The position numbers were made by a program, and so were the translations under genes. 32,160 nt of DNA, taken from Parcubacteria group bacterium. Its GTDB lineage: Bacteria; Patescibacteriota; JABMPQ01. The stretch is from NCBI GenBank assembly GCA_043826745.1, contig JBDRPV010000052.1, forward strand, positions 1-32,160. Direction: 5' to 3'. Below, one piece after another: positions 8,404 to 17,210 of the stretch. Within the stretch, counting starts at the first letter, position 1; each line of letters starts with the position of its first letter. The notes beneath the pieces are model-generated. The model worked only from the letters and a program-made list of their open reading frames with translations. It did not search any database and was not told the origin of the DNA.

Positions 8404-9486
8404 TTACAGGTATTTTTCTTTTTTGTCTTTCTTTAGTTTCTCGACTAACTTCTTTACATCCTGCGACCGCCCTTGCGGACAAATTAGAAGTGCATCTTCA
8501 GTGTCCACCACTACCATATCATCTATACCAATCGTCGCTATTACTTTATCTTCCCGACCATAAATCAGGCACTTGGTGGTATCATCCCCTACCCACTCGC
8601 CTCGAATAACATTATCGTCTTCATCTGCCTCCGCCGTCAGCTGATCGTGGAGCACGTCCCAAGTGCCAATATCGCTCCAGCCAAAATCGCCTTTGATAAT
8701 TAAAACATCATTCTTGTTCATCTTTTCCAGGATAGCATAATCAATTGAAATCTTTTGCATTTTACAATATTCGCTATCAACCAGATAATCGTCATCTCTT
8801 TCAAGGGCGGTGATGATTTTTTCCAGGTGCTGATAGATGTGGGGAGCATAACGCTGATAAGCGTCTAAAAAAGCGCGTGGCGTCCACATAAAAAAATTAG
8901 CGTGCCAGAGATAATTACCAGCCTGAATATATTCTTTGGCCTTAGCAAAGCTGGGCTTTTCAACGTGGCCGAGAAATTTATATATTTCTACCCCATTCTT
9001 TTTTTCATGTAGATCGCCAATTTGCGTATAGCCCAAAGCAGCGCTGGGGAAATTAGGTACCACTGCAATATCCATCATCTTACCTTCCTTTTTAATCACC
9101 TGCTCCGCTTTTTGCAGCAGCTTAATAAACTTTTTAACGTCGAAAATATAATGATCAGAGGGAATAAAGGCCATTGGTTCTTCCGGATCCTGAAGAGACA
9201 AGTGAGCTGCCACATAGCCCATGGCTGCTGCTGTGTCCCGTTTTTCTGGTTCAACAATAATGTTGTCCGCCGACACTTGAGGCAAGAGCTTGTTAATAGT
9301 ATTTTTGAAAGCTTGCGTAGTAGAAATAAAAATCTTATTGGCGGGATAATCATTAACAAAACGTTCATACGTGCATTCCAGCATCGAACGTTTTCCAATA
9401 ATTGAAGTAAACTGTTTGGGTTTTGTCTGTCGCGACAAGGGCCAGAAACGCGTGCCCGAACCGCCAGCCAAAATGACGATGTTCAT
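8404..9486 (-). CDS. Mannose-1-phosphate guanylyltransferase-like nucleotidyltransferase
   Basis: ILAGGSGTRFWPLSRQTKPKQF N-terminus typical of ManC/CpsB-type NTP transferases. 360 aa with no isomerase domain. Confidence 0.8.
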   Translation of the reverse strand: MNIVILAGGSGTRFWPLSRQTKPKQFTSIIGKRSMLECTYERFVNDYPANKIFISTTQAFKNTINKLLPQVSADNIIVEPEKRDTAAAMGYVAAHLSLQDPEEPMAFIPSDHYIFDVKKFIKLLQKAEQVIKKEGKMMDIAVVPNFPSAALGYTQIGDLHEKKNGVEIYKFLGHVEKPSFAKAKEYIQAGNYLWHANFFMWTPRAFLDAYQRYAPHIYQHLEKIITALERDDDYLVDSEYCKMQKISIDYAILEKMNKNDVLIIKGDFGWSDIGTWDVLHDQLTAEADEDDNVIRGEWVGDDTTKCLIYGREDKVIATIGIDDMVVVDTEDALLICPQGRSQDVKKLVEKLKKDKKEKYL

Positions 9487-9601
9487 GTTTTAGTAATTAG
9501 TAACCAACCGTGACTTCCAAGGTAGAGTTGATTATATCATAAAACCCTTTAGTGGCGATGTTGATAGGGTGTGTATTAATAATTATGAGTTTGGTTGCTT
9601 G

Positions 9602-11482
9602 CTATTTCAATAACTCCCGGCAACTTTTACATACTCCTGCAATATTCAAGCCAATTTCATCTTTCAGCAGTTCATTTTTACCATGTTCGATAAATTTGTC
9701 TGGCAAGCCTAGCCGTTTAACCTTCACATTAGACAGATTATTTTCTTCAAGCAGCTCAAGCACCGCTGAGCCCAGTCCACCAGCTAGAACATTTTCTTCG
9801 ACCGTAACTATTTTGCCACATCGAGCGGCCGACAAAATCATCTCTTTGTCTAGCGGCTTGATAAATCTAGTGTTAATAACAGCCGCCTCAATTCCCTCGC
9901 TAGCTAATTTCTCCGCCGCCTGCTCCGCCACAGCTACCATCGAACCTAGAGCAATAATATTTATATCTTTACCCTCCCGCAATGTCTCTCCTCCGCCGAT
10001 TGGCAATGGTTTTATTTCTCTAGCCAATTCTACCCCCAGCCCTTCGCCTTTAGGATAGCGAATAGCTAGCGGGCCCTCTTTATACTGTTCGGCTGTCTTT
10101 AACATTCGCTGGAGCTCATTTTCATCCTTAGGTGCCATTACTACCATGTTGGGGATATGACGTAAGTAGGAAATATCAAAAGCACCGTGATGAGTCGCCC
10201 CATCATCCCCTACCAAGCCCGCCCGATCGAGAACAAATATCACTGGTAATTTTTGCAAGGCGACATCGTGAATTATTTGATCGTAGGCTCGTTGTAAAAA
10301 GGTGGAATAAATCGCTACCACTGGCCGGCAACCTTGGGTCGCCAAACCAGCCGCAAAAGTAACGGCGTGTTCTTCGGCAATTCCGACGTCGAAGAAGCGG
10401 CGGGGGTATTTTTCTTTAAACTTATCCAAACCCGTCCCCTCCGGCATAGCCGCCGTAATCGCGACTATGTCTTTATTACTGTCAGCTAATTTTAATAGCG
10501 TGCTAGAAAAAACTTGAGTATAAGTTTGATTGGGTTGAGTTTTTTTAGTTTTACTCTGCCCATTTTTCACATCAAACGGTGCCGCCCCGTGAAATTTACT
10601 GGCATTTTTTTCTGCATGTTTATACCCTTTGCCCTTTTGGGTAATAACGTGCAACAAGATTGGCCCTTTGACATTTTTAATATTACGGAAAGTTTGCGTT
10701 AATTCCGCCGGATCATGGCCATCCAGAGGACCAAAATAGCGAAAGCCAAGCTCTTCAAACCAAGCTCCGGGAGCGATAATTGACTTTACTCCCCCTTCAA
10801 CAAGTTCCCCGGTACGCAAAGCCAGTCGTCCTAAGCGATTAGGTAACTTGCGGACTAAGTCACGGGCTTTATCTCTGGTCTTAATCACCCGCGGATCGGA
10901 AATTATTTTATTTAGATACGAAGCGACCGCGCCGACGTTCTCCGAAATCGACATCTTATTATCATTGAGAACCACAATCAAATCAGATTGAGCCGTGCCG
11001 ATTTGGTTGAGGCCTTCCAGAGCCAAGCCGCCGGTCAGTGACCCATCGCCGATCACCGCGACGATTTTTTCTTTTTTCTGCTTGAGATCGCGCGCCTTAG
11101 CCATACCCAGAGCGGCCGATAAAGAAGTCGAGGCGTGACCAACCCCAAAAGCGTCATATTTACTCTCTGTTCGCCGCGGGAAACCGGAAATGCCATCCTG
11201 CTGGCGTAAAGTAGCAAATTTATCCTTGCGTCCAGTGATAATTTTATGAGTATAGCACTGGTGGCCAACGTCCCAGACCAGCTTATCTTGCGGGAAATTA
11301 AAGCTTTTATACAAAGCTAAGGTGAGCTCAACTACGCCTAAATTAGAAGCTAAATGCCCGCCCGTGTCAGCTACCGTGCTAATAATCAACTGGCGGATTT
11401 CCTGAGCTAGTCTTTCTAGCTCTTTGACCGACAGCTTTTTAATGTCAGCTGGACTCTCTATTTTATTGAGAAGTTTTGTCAT
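9602..11482 (-). CDS. dxs: 1-deoxy-D-xylulose-5-phosphate synthase
   Basis: About 626 aa with GGHLASNLGVVELT, the GDGSLTGG ThDP motif and the typical Dxs N-terminus LLNKIESPADIKKLS. I took the start at the ATG at 11482; the track start at 11491 is TTG. Confidence 0.95.
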   Translation of the reverse strand: MTKLLNKIESPADIKKLSVKELERLAQEIRQLIISTVADTGGHLASNLGVVELTLALYKSFNFPQDKLVWDVGHQCYTHKIITGRKDKFATLRQQDGISGFPRRTESKYDAFGVGHASTSLSAALGMAKARDLKQKKEKIVAVIGDGSLTGGLALEGLNQIGTAQSDLIVVLNDNKMSISENVGAVASYLNKIISDPRVIKTRDKARDLVRKLPNRLGRLALRTGELVEGGVKSIIAPGAWFEELGFRYFGPLDGHDPAELTQTFRNIKNVKGPILLHVITQKGKGYKHAEKNASKFHGAAPFDVKNGQSKTKKTQPNQTYTQVFSSTLLKLADSNKDIVAITAAMPEGTGLDKFKEKYPRRFFDVGIAEEHAVTFAAGLATQGCRPVVAIYSTFLQRAYDQIIHDVALQKLPVIFVLDRAGLVGDDGATHHGAFDISYLRHIPNMVVMAPKDENELQRMLKTAEQYKEGPLAIRYPKGEGLGVELAREIKPLPIGGGETLREGKDINIIALGSMVAVAEQAAEKLASEGIEAAVINTRFIKPLDKEMILSAARCGKIVTVEENVLAGGLGSAVLELLEENNLSNVKVKRLGLPDKFIEHGKNELLKDEIGLNIAGVCKSCRELLK

Positions 11483-11504
11483 TTTTATCAATAAAATCTT
11501 TTAT

Positions 11505-11652
11505 GGTTGCTCTAGTGTGCCGAGAAAAACCTTGATCGACCGAGCGGCCCGCCCGCTTAGCGATGCCTGCCCGCTTGCAGCGAGCTGGCGGGCGAAGCAG
11601 AGCGGGCGGGCGTGAAAATCCACCGTGTTTTCGAAGCATAGCTAGAGCAGCC
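11505..11652. repeat. GC-rich long-hairpin element, copy A (between uppS stop and dxs start)
   Basis: Outer arms GGTTGCTCTAG (11505-) and CTAGAGCAGCC (-11652) are complementary. The core at 11541-11610 is 70/70 identical to the reverse complement of 14533-14602. The inner stem is GCCCGCCCGCT/AGCGGGCGGGC. Confidence 0.85.
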
Positions 11653-11657
11653 TGCCC

Positions 11658-12353
11658 CTATTTCCCAAATCTTCTTTGTCGCTCACTATAATCATTTAGA
11701 GCTTTATCTAGCTCCTCCTCATCAAAATCTGGCCAAAGGGCGTCGGTAAAATATAGCTCACTGTAGCTGACTTGCCAAAGGAGAAAATTACTAAGACGAC
11801 GCTCGCCGCCAGTTCGGATTAGTAAATCTGGGTCGGGTCGGCCAGCGGTGTAGAGATTTTTTTCAATCATTTCCGGAGTTATCTCACCGCTCGCACCTGA
11901 ACTAATAATTTGCTCAACAGCGCGGGCTATTTCTTCCCGGGCACCATAATTGAGAGCAACGTTGAGATGTATTTTGTTATTATCTTTTAACAGCTCAACA
12001 GCGTCATTAACTTCTTTTTGTAGGTCTTCCGGTAAATAGCTGAGATCTCCGAGAATTTGCAGTGAACAGCCTAGTTTCTGTAATTTTTTACGCTTCTTTC
12101 TAATAAAATAGCCGAGAAGTTTCATTAGACCTTTGATTTCTTCCGGACTGCGATTTCGATTCTCCGAAGAAAAAGCGTAGACGGTAATAATTTTGACACC
12201 ACGGTGGCCACATTGATCGATGACCTTTTCTAACCGCAAAGAACCCTCCCGATGACCTTCGATCGTCGGCACTCCTTTGGCTTTTGCCCACCGTCGATTG
12301 CCGTCCATGATAAAGGCGACGTGGTGAGGGATGTTATTTTTATTTTCAGACAT
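11658..12353 (-). CDS. uppS: Undecaprenyl-diphosphate synthase (cis-prenyltransferase)
   Basis: HVAFIMDGNRRWA and ERRLSNFLLWQVSYSELYF motifs. ATG at 12353. Confidence 0.95.
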   Translation of the reverse strand: MSENKNNIPHHVAFIMDGNRRWAKAKGVPTIEGHREGSLRLEKVIDQCGHRGVKIITVYAFSSENRNRSPEEIKGLMKLLGYFIRKKRKKLQKLGCSLQILGDLSYLPEDLQKEVNDAVELLKDNNKIHLNVALNYGAREEIARAVEQIISSGASGEITPEMIEKNLYTAGRPDPDLLIRTGGERRLSNFLLWQVSYSELYFTDALWPDFDEEELDKALNDYSERQRRFGK

Positions 12354-12443
12354 AATCAAACAATAGTTATTAGTTGTAAGCTTTCAGTAATCAGTTTTCA
12401 GTTGCGATTTTAAGATCACCCTTAAATTATAACTGATAACTGA

Positions 12444-13505
12444 TTACTGACCACTTTTCTTAATTTCTTTCATCAACTCTCCCACAATCTCACTCTCATC
12501 GACTGTCCGCACCACCTCGCCCTTCCGAAAAATCACCCCTTGCCCTCTACCCCCTGCCACCCCAATATCCGCTTCCCGCGCTTCTCCGGGACCATTTACG
12601 ACACAGCCCATGACGGCTATTTTTAGTGGCTTGTCTATCTCAGCCGTCCGCCGCTCTACTTCTTCCGCCAGACCAATAAGATCGATTTCCGTTCGCCCAC
12701 AAGTAGGACAAGAGATAATTTCCACTCCGCGCTCCCGCAAGCCGAGGGATTTGAGAATTTCCCAGCCTACCCGCACTTCCTCAACTGGATCAGCCGTGAG
12801 CGACACCCGGATCGTATCACCGATCCCCCGTGAGAGCAAGCTGCCAATCCCGACAGCTGATTTGATCGTTCCCGACCGAGTTGTGCCCGCTTCGGTGATT
12901 CCAACGTGGAGCGGATAATCGACTTTGTCTGACAGTAACTCATAAGCCTCAATCGTGCGTGGGACGTTGCTAGCTTTAAGTGATACTACAATGTCGTGAA
13001 AATCTAAGTTTTCTAATATTTTAATATGCCGCTGGGCTGATTCGACCATTCCGGCTGCTGTAGCTTGACCTTTATGTTTTGCGAGAATATCTTTCTCCAG
13101 CGAACCAGCATTGACTCCAATACGAATCGGGATATTTTTCTCTTTAGCCTTATCGACGACTGCTTTTACTTTTTCGTTCGAGCCAATATTGCCTGGATTA
13201 ATTCGTAGCTTGTCCACTCCCTGATCAGCACATTCAAGAGCCAGCTTATAATCAAAATGAATATCAGCTACTAGCGGGATATCTATTTGCCGCTTGATTT
13301 CTCCAATGGCTTTGGCTGCTATCATATCGGGCACAGCCACCCGGATCAACTCACAGCCAGCTTCTTCTAGCTGCTTGATCTGAGCAACGGTCGCTTTCAC
13401 GTCCCGGGTATCAGTATTGCACATAGACTGGATAGCCACCGGAGAGCCACTGCCGATTGCTAGGCCGCCGATTTTGATTTTATTGGTTGTTTTTCTAGTA
13501 CTCAT
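12444..13505 (-). CDS. ispG: 4-hydroxy-3-methylbut-2-enyl-diphosphate synthase (GcpE)
   Basis: 353 aa with QSMCNTDT, the [11 protein letters not shown]-barrel part, and the C-terminal Fe-S ligand segments ISCPTCGR and GCVVNGPGE. Confidence 0.95.
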   Translation of the reverse strand: MSTRKTTNKIKIGGLAIGSGSPVAIQSMCNTDTRDVKATVAQIKQLEEAGCELIRVAVPDMIAAKAIGEIKRQIDIPLVADIHFDYKLALECADQGVDKLRINPGNIGSNEKVKAVVDKAKEKNIPIRIGVNAGSLEKDILAKHKGQATAAGMVESAQRHIKILENLDFHDIVVSLKASNVPRTIEAYELLSDKVDYPLHVGITEAGTTRSGTIKSAVGIGSLLSRGIGDTIRVSLTADPVEEVRVGWEILKSLGLRERGVEIISCPTCGRTEIDLIGLAEEVERRTAEIDKPLKIAVMGCVVNGPGEAREADIGVAGGRGQGVIFRKGEVVRTVDESEIVGELMKEIKKSGQ

Positions 13506-13566
13506 AAGTTTTAAATATACGCCAATCGTAGCCCAAGGCTTAAATTAAAACAATATCTCGTGACAA

Positions 13567-14415
13567 CTAGATAGATTTTACTAAAAACACTTGTTTATAT
13601 TGCTGCTTTAATATATTGAAGGCTTTTTCTGTTTCTGATTGACCCTCCCACACCCCAAACACCGACGGTCCACTGCCACTCATTAGACTTCCCAGCGCTC
13701 CTAACGCCAACATTTTCTCCTTTATCTCACCAATCACTGGATGTTTAGGAATTATCGACTTTTCAAAATCATTGTGTAAATTGTCTATCACGTCAGTCAA
13801 ATTACCATCAGTCAAAGTCGCAATCATTCGCTTGGTTTTTTCACTCTCCTGCCCGACCTGCGCTAGATCCAGACTGCCATAAGCTTCCTTGGTCGAAATA
13901 GCAATTTCCGGAGTGACTATTATTATTTGTAGGCTTAAATTATTTTTCAGCGACCGCACCTTTTCTCCCCGTCGCATTCCCAGCGCTGTCCCGCCACTTA
14001 CTAGAAATGGTACGTCCATACCTAGCTCCGCTGCATATTCTCGCAATATTTCATCTGACAATCTTAGCTCCCACATTTCATTCAGAGCTTTGAGCGTCGC
14101 CGCCCCGTCAGTGCTTCCTCCGGCCAAGCCAGCAGCTACCGGGATTTTTTTGTCGATATAGATATCTAGTCCCTTATTGACACCATGTTTCTGGCGAATC
14201 AGCTCGACCGCCTGATAAACAATATTTTTCTCATCGAGGGGAATTTGCTCAGAATTAGAAGTAATCTTAATCTCACCAGATTTATTTTCCTTAAAATCCA
14301 GCTCATCATACAAATCAACTGCCTGGTAAACGGTCGTCAGTTCGTGATAATCATTGGGCAATTTACCTAAGATATCAAGAGTTAGATTAATTTTGGCGGG
14401 GGCTTTGATTATCAT
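13567..14415 (-). CDS. ispE: 4-diphosphocytidyl-2-C-methyl-D-erythritol kinase
   Basis: APAKINLTLDI N-terminus and the GHMP-kinase loop PVAAGLAGGSTDGAA. I moved the start to the ATG at 14415 (MIIKAPAKINL), because the 55-codon upstream extension in the track reads through repeat copy B. Confidence 0.9.
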   Translation of the reverse strand: MIIKAPAKINLTLDILGKLPNDYHELTTVYQAVDLYDELDFKENKSGEIKITSNSEQIPLDEKNIVYQAVELIRQKHGVNKGLDIYIDKKIPVAAGLAGGSTDGAATLKALNEMWELRLSDEILREYAAELGMDVPFLVSGGTALGMRRGEKVRSLKNNLSLQIIIVTPEIAISTKEAYGSLDLAQVGQESEKTKRMIATLTDGNLTDVIDNLHNDFEKSIIPKHPVIGEIKEKMLALGALGSLMSGSGPSVFGVWEGQSETEKAFNILKQQYKQVFLVKSI

Positions 14416-14428
14416 AAATTTACTCTGT

Positions 14429-14638
14429 GGCCATCTTGGCATTTCTCCGAAAACACGTTGGATTTCCCCGGCGTGGAAATCCAACTCCGTGATCGGCCTC
14501 GCTCCCTCCCGATCAGATCGGGAGAACCGTGCCCCGCCCGCTCTGCTTCGCCCGCCAGCTCGCTGCAAGCGGGCAGGCATCGCTAAGCGGGCGGGCCGCT
14601 CGACCGATCAAGGGTTTTCTCTGGCATACCAAGATGGC
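14429..14638. repeat. GC-rich long-hairpin element, copy B (between ispDF stop and ispE start). Composite of the 70-bp core plus the small hairpin module.
   Basis: Outer arms GGCCATCTTGG (14429-) and CCAAGATGGC (-14638) are complementary. The 70-bp core at 14533-14602 is inverted relative to copy A. The small hairpin module at 14497-14535 matches 30436-30474. Confidence 0.85.
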
Positions 14639-14643
14639 TAGTA

Positions 14644-15816
14644 CTATTTAAAAAGTGAAACAACCGCAAAAACCTGAATCCCCTTTCCTTGACCAAAAGT
14701 AGTCAAACTTTCGCCACTGGTAACTGTAATGCCAACATCGCTTGCACTAACTCCCAGCAGATTAGCAATAACCTTTTTCATAGCCGGAAAGTGCTTTTCC
14801 AACTTTGGCTCTTTGCCTTCGATAGCAATCGAAACATTGCCAACTTTGCAACCTGCTCTTTGAACAAAACTCCTAACCACTCTCACATACTCCTGACTAT
14901 CTTTTATTCCCTGCTTCAAACACATTTTATCAGAATAAGTAGCCAGCGAGCCTTTACCAACTGCGCTGCCCAAAGCATTACAGAGAGCGTGCAAAACAAC
15001 GTCTCCATCTGAATTAGCGGAAAATCCGCGGGGATGATTTACCTTTACTCCACCTAAAATCAAAGGTTTCTTACCCGCAAAGCGATGCGAATCCTGCCCC
15101 AAGCCTATTTTCATACCCGTCACTCGCCTTTTCCCTAACACCGCCCGGGCAAAATCTAAATCGCTCGGATAAGTAATTTTAATATTTTCGGCCGAGCAAA
15201 GCACTACTTTTACCCGCTTGCCCAGCCTCTCCACTAAAGACACATCGTCGGTGCCATAAAAACTGTCTTTATAGGCTTTATCAAAAGCCTCGAGAGCTAA
15301 ACCAAATTTAATCGTTTGTGGTGTCTGCATCGCCCATAATTCACGGCGATCCAAGGTTTCCTGGACCAGACCACTAGTACTCACCCGCTTAATTGTATCG
15401 CGCGCTGGTTGGGCACAGACAGCAGCGCCATATTTACCCGCCTCGCGAATCGAATCAGTGATATCTTTCTGACCCACCAGCAAATTACCGCCATTATGAA
15501 TCAATACTAGATCGGACTTACCCGTCCCCGCCTCCCGCAAATAATTCAGTCCCTGGTAAACCGAGTCTTGCCGCTCCTGACCACCTACTACAATCGCCTC
15601 TACCTTGCCAAATTTATATTTATCAACGATCTTCTCCATGGCTACAATATCATTCTGAGCCGTTATGATGATAATTCTCGCGATACTCCGGTGCTGCTCG
15701 AAAGCTTTGAGTGTATGATAAATTACTGGATATTTATCCAGCTTGAGTAGCACCTTATTTTTCCCCTGTCGCATGCGCCGACCTTTGCCAGCTGCGACGA
15801 TGAGAGCGATGTTCAT
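14644..15816 (-). CDS. ispDF: Bifunctional IspD/IspF (MEP cytidylyltransferase / MEcPP synthase)
   Basis: N-terminal IVAAGKGRRM (IspD). C-terminal GLGQDSHRF and SDGDVVLHAL (IspF metal and substrate motifs). 390 aa. Confidence 0.95.
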   Translation of the reverse strand: MNIALIVAAGKGRRMRQGKNKVLLKLDKYPVIYHTLKAFEQHRSIARIIIITAQNDIVAMEKIVDKYKFGKVEAIVVGGQERQDSVYQGLNYLREAGTGKSDLVLIHNGGNLLVGQKDITDSIREAGKYGAAVCAQPARDTIKRVSTSGLVQETLDRRELWAMQTPQTIKFGLALEAFDKAYKDSFYGTDDVSLVERLGKRVKVVLCSAENIKITYPSDLDFARAVLGKRRVTGMKIGLGQDSHRFAGKKPLILGGVKVNHPRGFSANSDGDVVLHALCNALGSAVGKGSLATYSDKMCLKQGIKDSQEYVRVVRSFVQRAGCKVGNVSIAIEGKEPKLEKHFPAMKKVIANLLGVSASDVGITVTSGESLTTFGQGKGIQVFAVVSLFK

Positions 15817-15850
15817 AATGCATTATTAGACTGCTGAGGGATTAATATTA

Positions 15851-15934
15851 GCTTTTTTTCTGGCTTCGAGAACTCGTCGCCCTCCCGGCAAGACCGGGAG
15901 AACTCCTCAGACATCTCTCCGCTGCGAAAAAAGT
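15851..15934. repeat. Hairpin element, copy E (between dxr stop and ispDF start). Diverged relative of copy F.
   Basis: TTTTCTGGCTTCGAGAACTCGTC parallels TTTTCTGGCTGCGGAACTCGTC of copy F. Central hairpin is CTCCCGG-caaga-CCGGGAG (15882-15900). Flanks CTTTTTT/AAAAAAG are partly complementary. Boundaries are approximate. Confidence 0.6.
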
Positions 15935-15953
15935 AACATCCAACCCCTAATTA

Positions 15954-17090
15954 CTAACTAGCACTTAGGACGGTCTCCCCTGCCCACTCGCTGGCCTGCA
16001 TAATTTCCGCAAAATCCGGCTCAGCCACCACCTCGTGCTTATCCATCGCCTCTTTTATTAATCGGGGAATATCCAAATAGCCAATTTTGCCATCCAAAAA
16101 TAGCATGACTGCTGCTTCATTGGCCGCATTTACCACCGCTGGCATGGTTCCTCCTGCCTTGAGAGCCACAAAAGCATAGGCTAAACAGGGAAAAGCCTCT
16201 AAATCCGGCTTCTCAAAATCCAAACGCGCTACCTCGGTTAAGCTAAAATCCTCGGCTGGTGATCTCTTGTGTGCTGGGTAGGTCAAGGCATACTGGATTG
16301 CAATCCGCATATCGTGAGGGCCAAGCTGAGCCTTGATGCTACCATCAGCAAATTCGACGGCTGAATGCACAATACTCTGCGGATGCACCACCACTTCAAT
16401 TTGCTCCGGGGTGACGTCAAATAGCTGATAAGCTTCGATCACTTCTAGCCCCTTGTTCATTAAAGTAGACGAATCGATGGTGATCTTGCCCCCCATACTC
16501 CAGGTGGGATGATCAAGGGCTTGCTCGAGAGTAATATCAACCAGCTCAGCTAGCTTCTTCCCGCGAAATGGTCCACCCGAGCAAGTGATAATAATCTTTT
16601 TGATCTCCTTCTCTTTCTCCCCGCGCAGACACTGCCAAATAGCGGAATGTTCCGAGTCAACTGGATAAATATTTACTTTCTTCTCGCGGGCTAGCTTCAT
16701 AATAATATTTCCAGCGGCTACCAATGATTCCTTATTAGCCAAAGCAACGTCAATGCCGGCCTTGACCGCTATCATCGTTGGTACAATGCCTGCCACTCCC
16801 GAGAGAGCATTCAAAATCAAATCGGCGCCGGCCTCCTTAACCAGTTCTTCGCTGCTGAACAATATTTGTGTTCGGCCTAAATCGGCAGCGACTAATTCAG
16901 CCCGTTTGCCTTCATCTCCTACCACTACATATTCCGGCTCATATTTCTTAATCTGCTCACGCAATAAATCAACCTTAGTATTAGTCGTCAAAGCCACCAC
17001 GTCAAATTCCCCTGGCAGATTATCAACTACTTCCAGGGCTTGAGTGCCAATTGAGCCAGTTGAGCCAAGAACGGCAATTTTTTTCTTCAT
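15954..17090 (-). CDS. dxr: 1-deoxy-D-xylulose-5-phosphate reductoisomerase
   Basis: The LGSTGSIGTQAL NADPH-binding N-terminus, LANKESLV and DSEHSAIWQC are present. ATG at 17090 (MKKKIAVLG). Confidence 0.95.
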   Translation of the reverse strand: MKKKIAVLGSTGSIGTQALEVVDNLPGEFDVVALTTNTKVDLLREQIKKYEPEYVVVGDEGKRAELVAADLGRTQILFSSEELVKEAGADLILNALSGVAGIVPTMIAVKAGIDVALANKESLVAAGNIIMKLAREKKVNIYPVDSEHSAIWQCLRGEKEKEIKKIIITCSGGPFRGKKLAELVDITLEQALDHPTWSMGGKITIDSSTLMNKGLEVIEAYQLFDVTPEQIEVVVHPQSIVHSAVEFADGSIKAQLGPHDMRIAIQYALTYPAHKRSPAEDFSLTEVARLDFEKPDLEAFPCLAYAFVALKAGGTMPAVVNAANEAAVMLFLDGKIGYLDIPRLIKEAMDKHEVVAEPDFAEIMQASEWAGETVLSAS

Positions 17091-17106
17091 AAATATCACG
17101 TTGTTG

Positions 17107-17204
17107 GAGGGTAGACATTATTCTTTTTCTGGCTGCGGAACTCGTCCCGATAAGATCGGGACTCAAACACCCGCAGCGGGCGAAAAAGAACAATGTCTAC
17201 CCTC
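17107..17204. repeat. Hairpin element, copy F (between ispH stop and dxr start)
   Basis: The 23-nt outer arms at 17107-17129 and 17182-17204 are complementary, with a single A/C position that would be a U-G pair in the minus-strand (operon) transcript. Inner stem is CTGCGG/CCGCAG. Central hairpin is GTCCCGAT-aag-ATCGGGAC (17144-17162). Confidence 0.8.
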
Positions 17205-17210
17205 ATGTTG

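Noticed and set aside
9552-10058. 168-aa plus-strand ORF, Ser/Leu/Pro-rich.
   Set aside because: It is entirely antisense to the well-supported dxs CDS and has low-complexity composition.
14416-14580. 55-codon N-terminal extension of the ispE ORF (MPARLQRAGGRSRAGGARFSRSDREG...).
   Set aside because: It is a translation of repeat copy B (Arg/Gly/Ala-rich, GC-rich). The canonical IspE N-terminus APAKINLTLDI follows the ATG at 14415.
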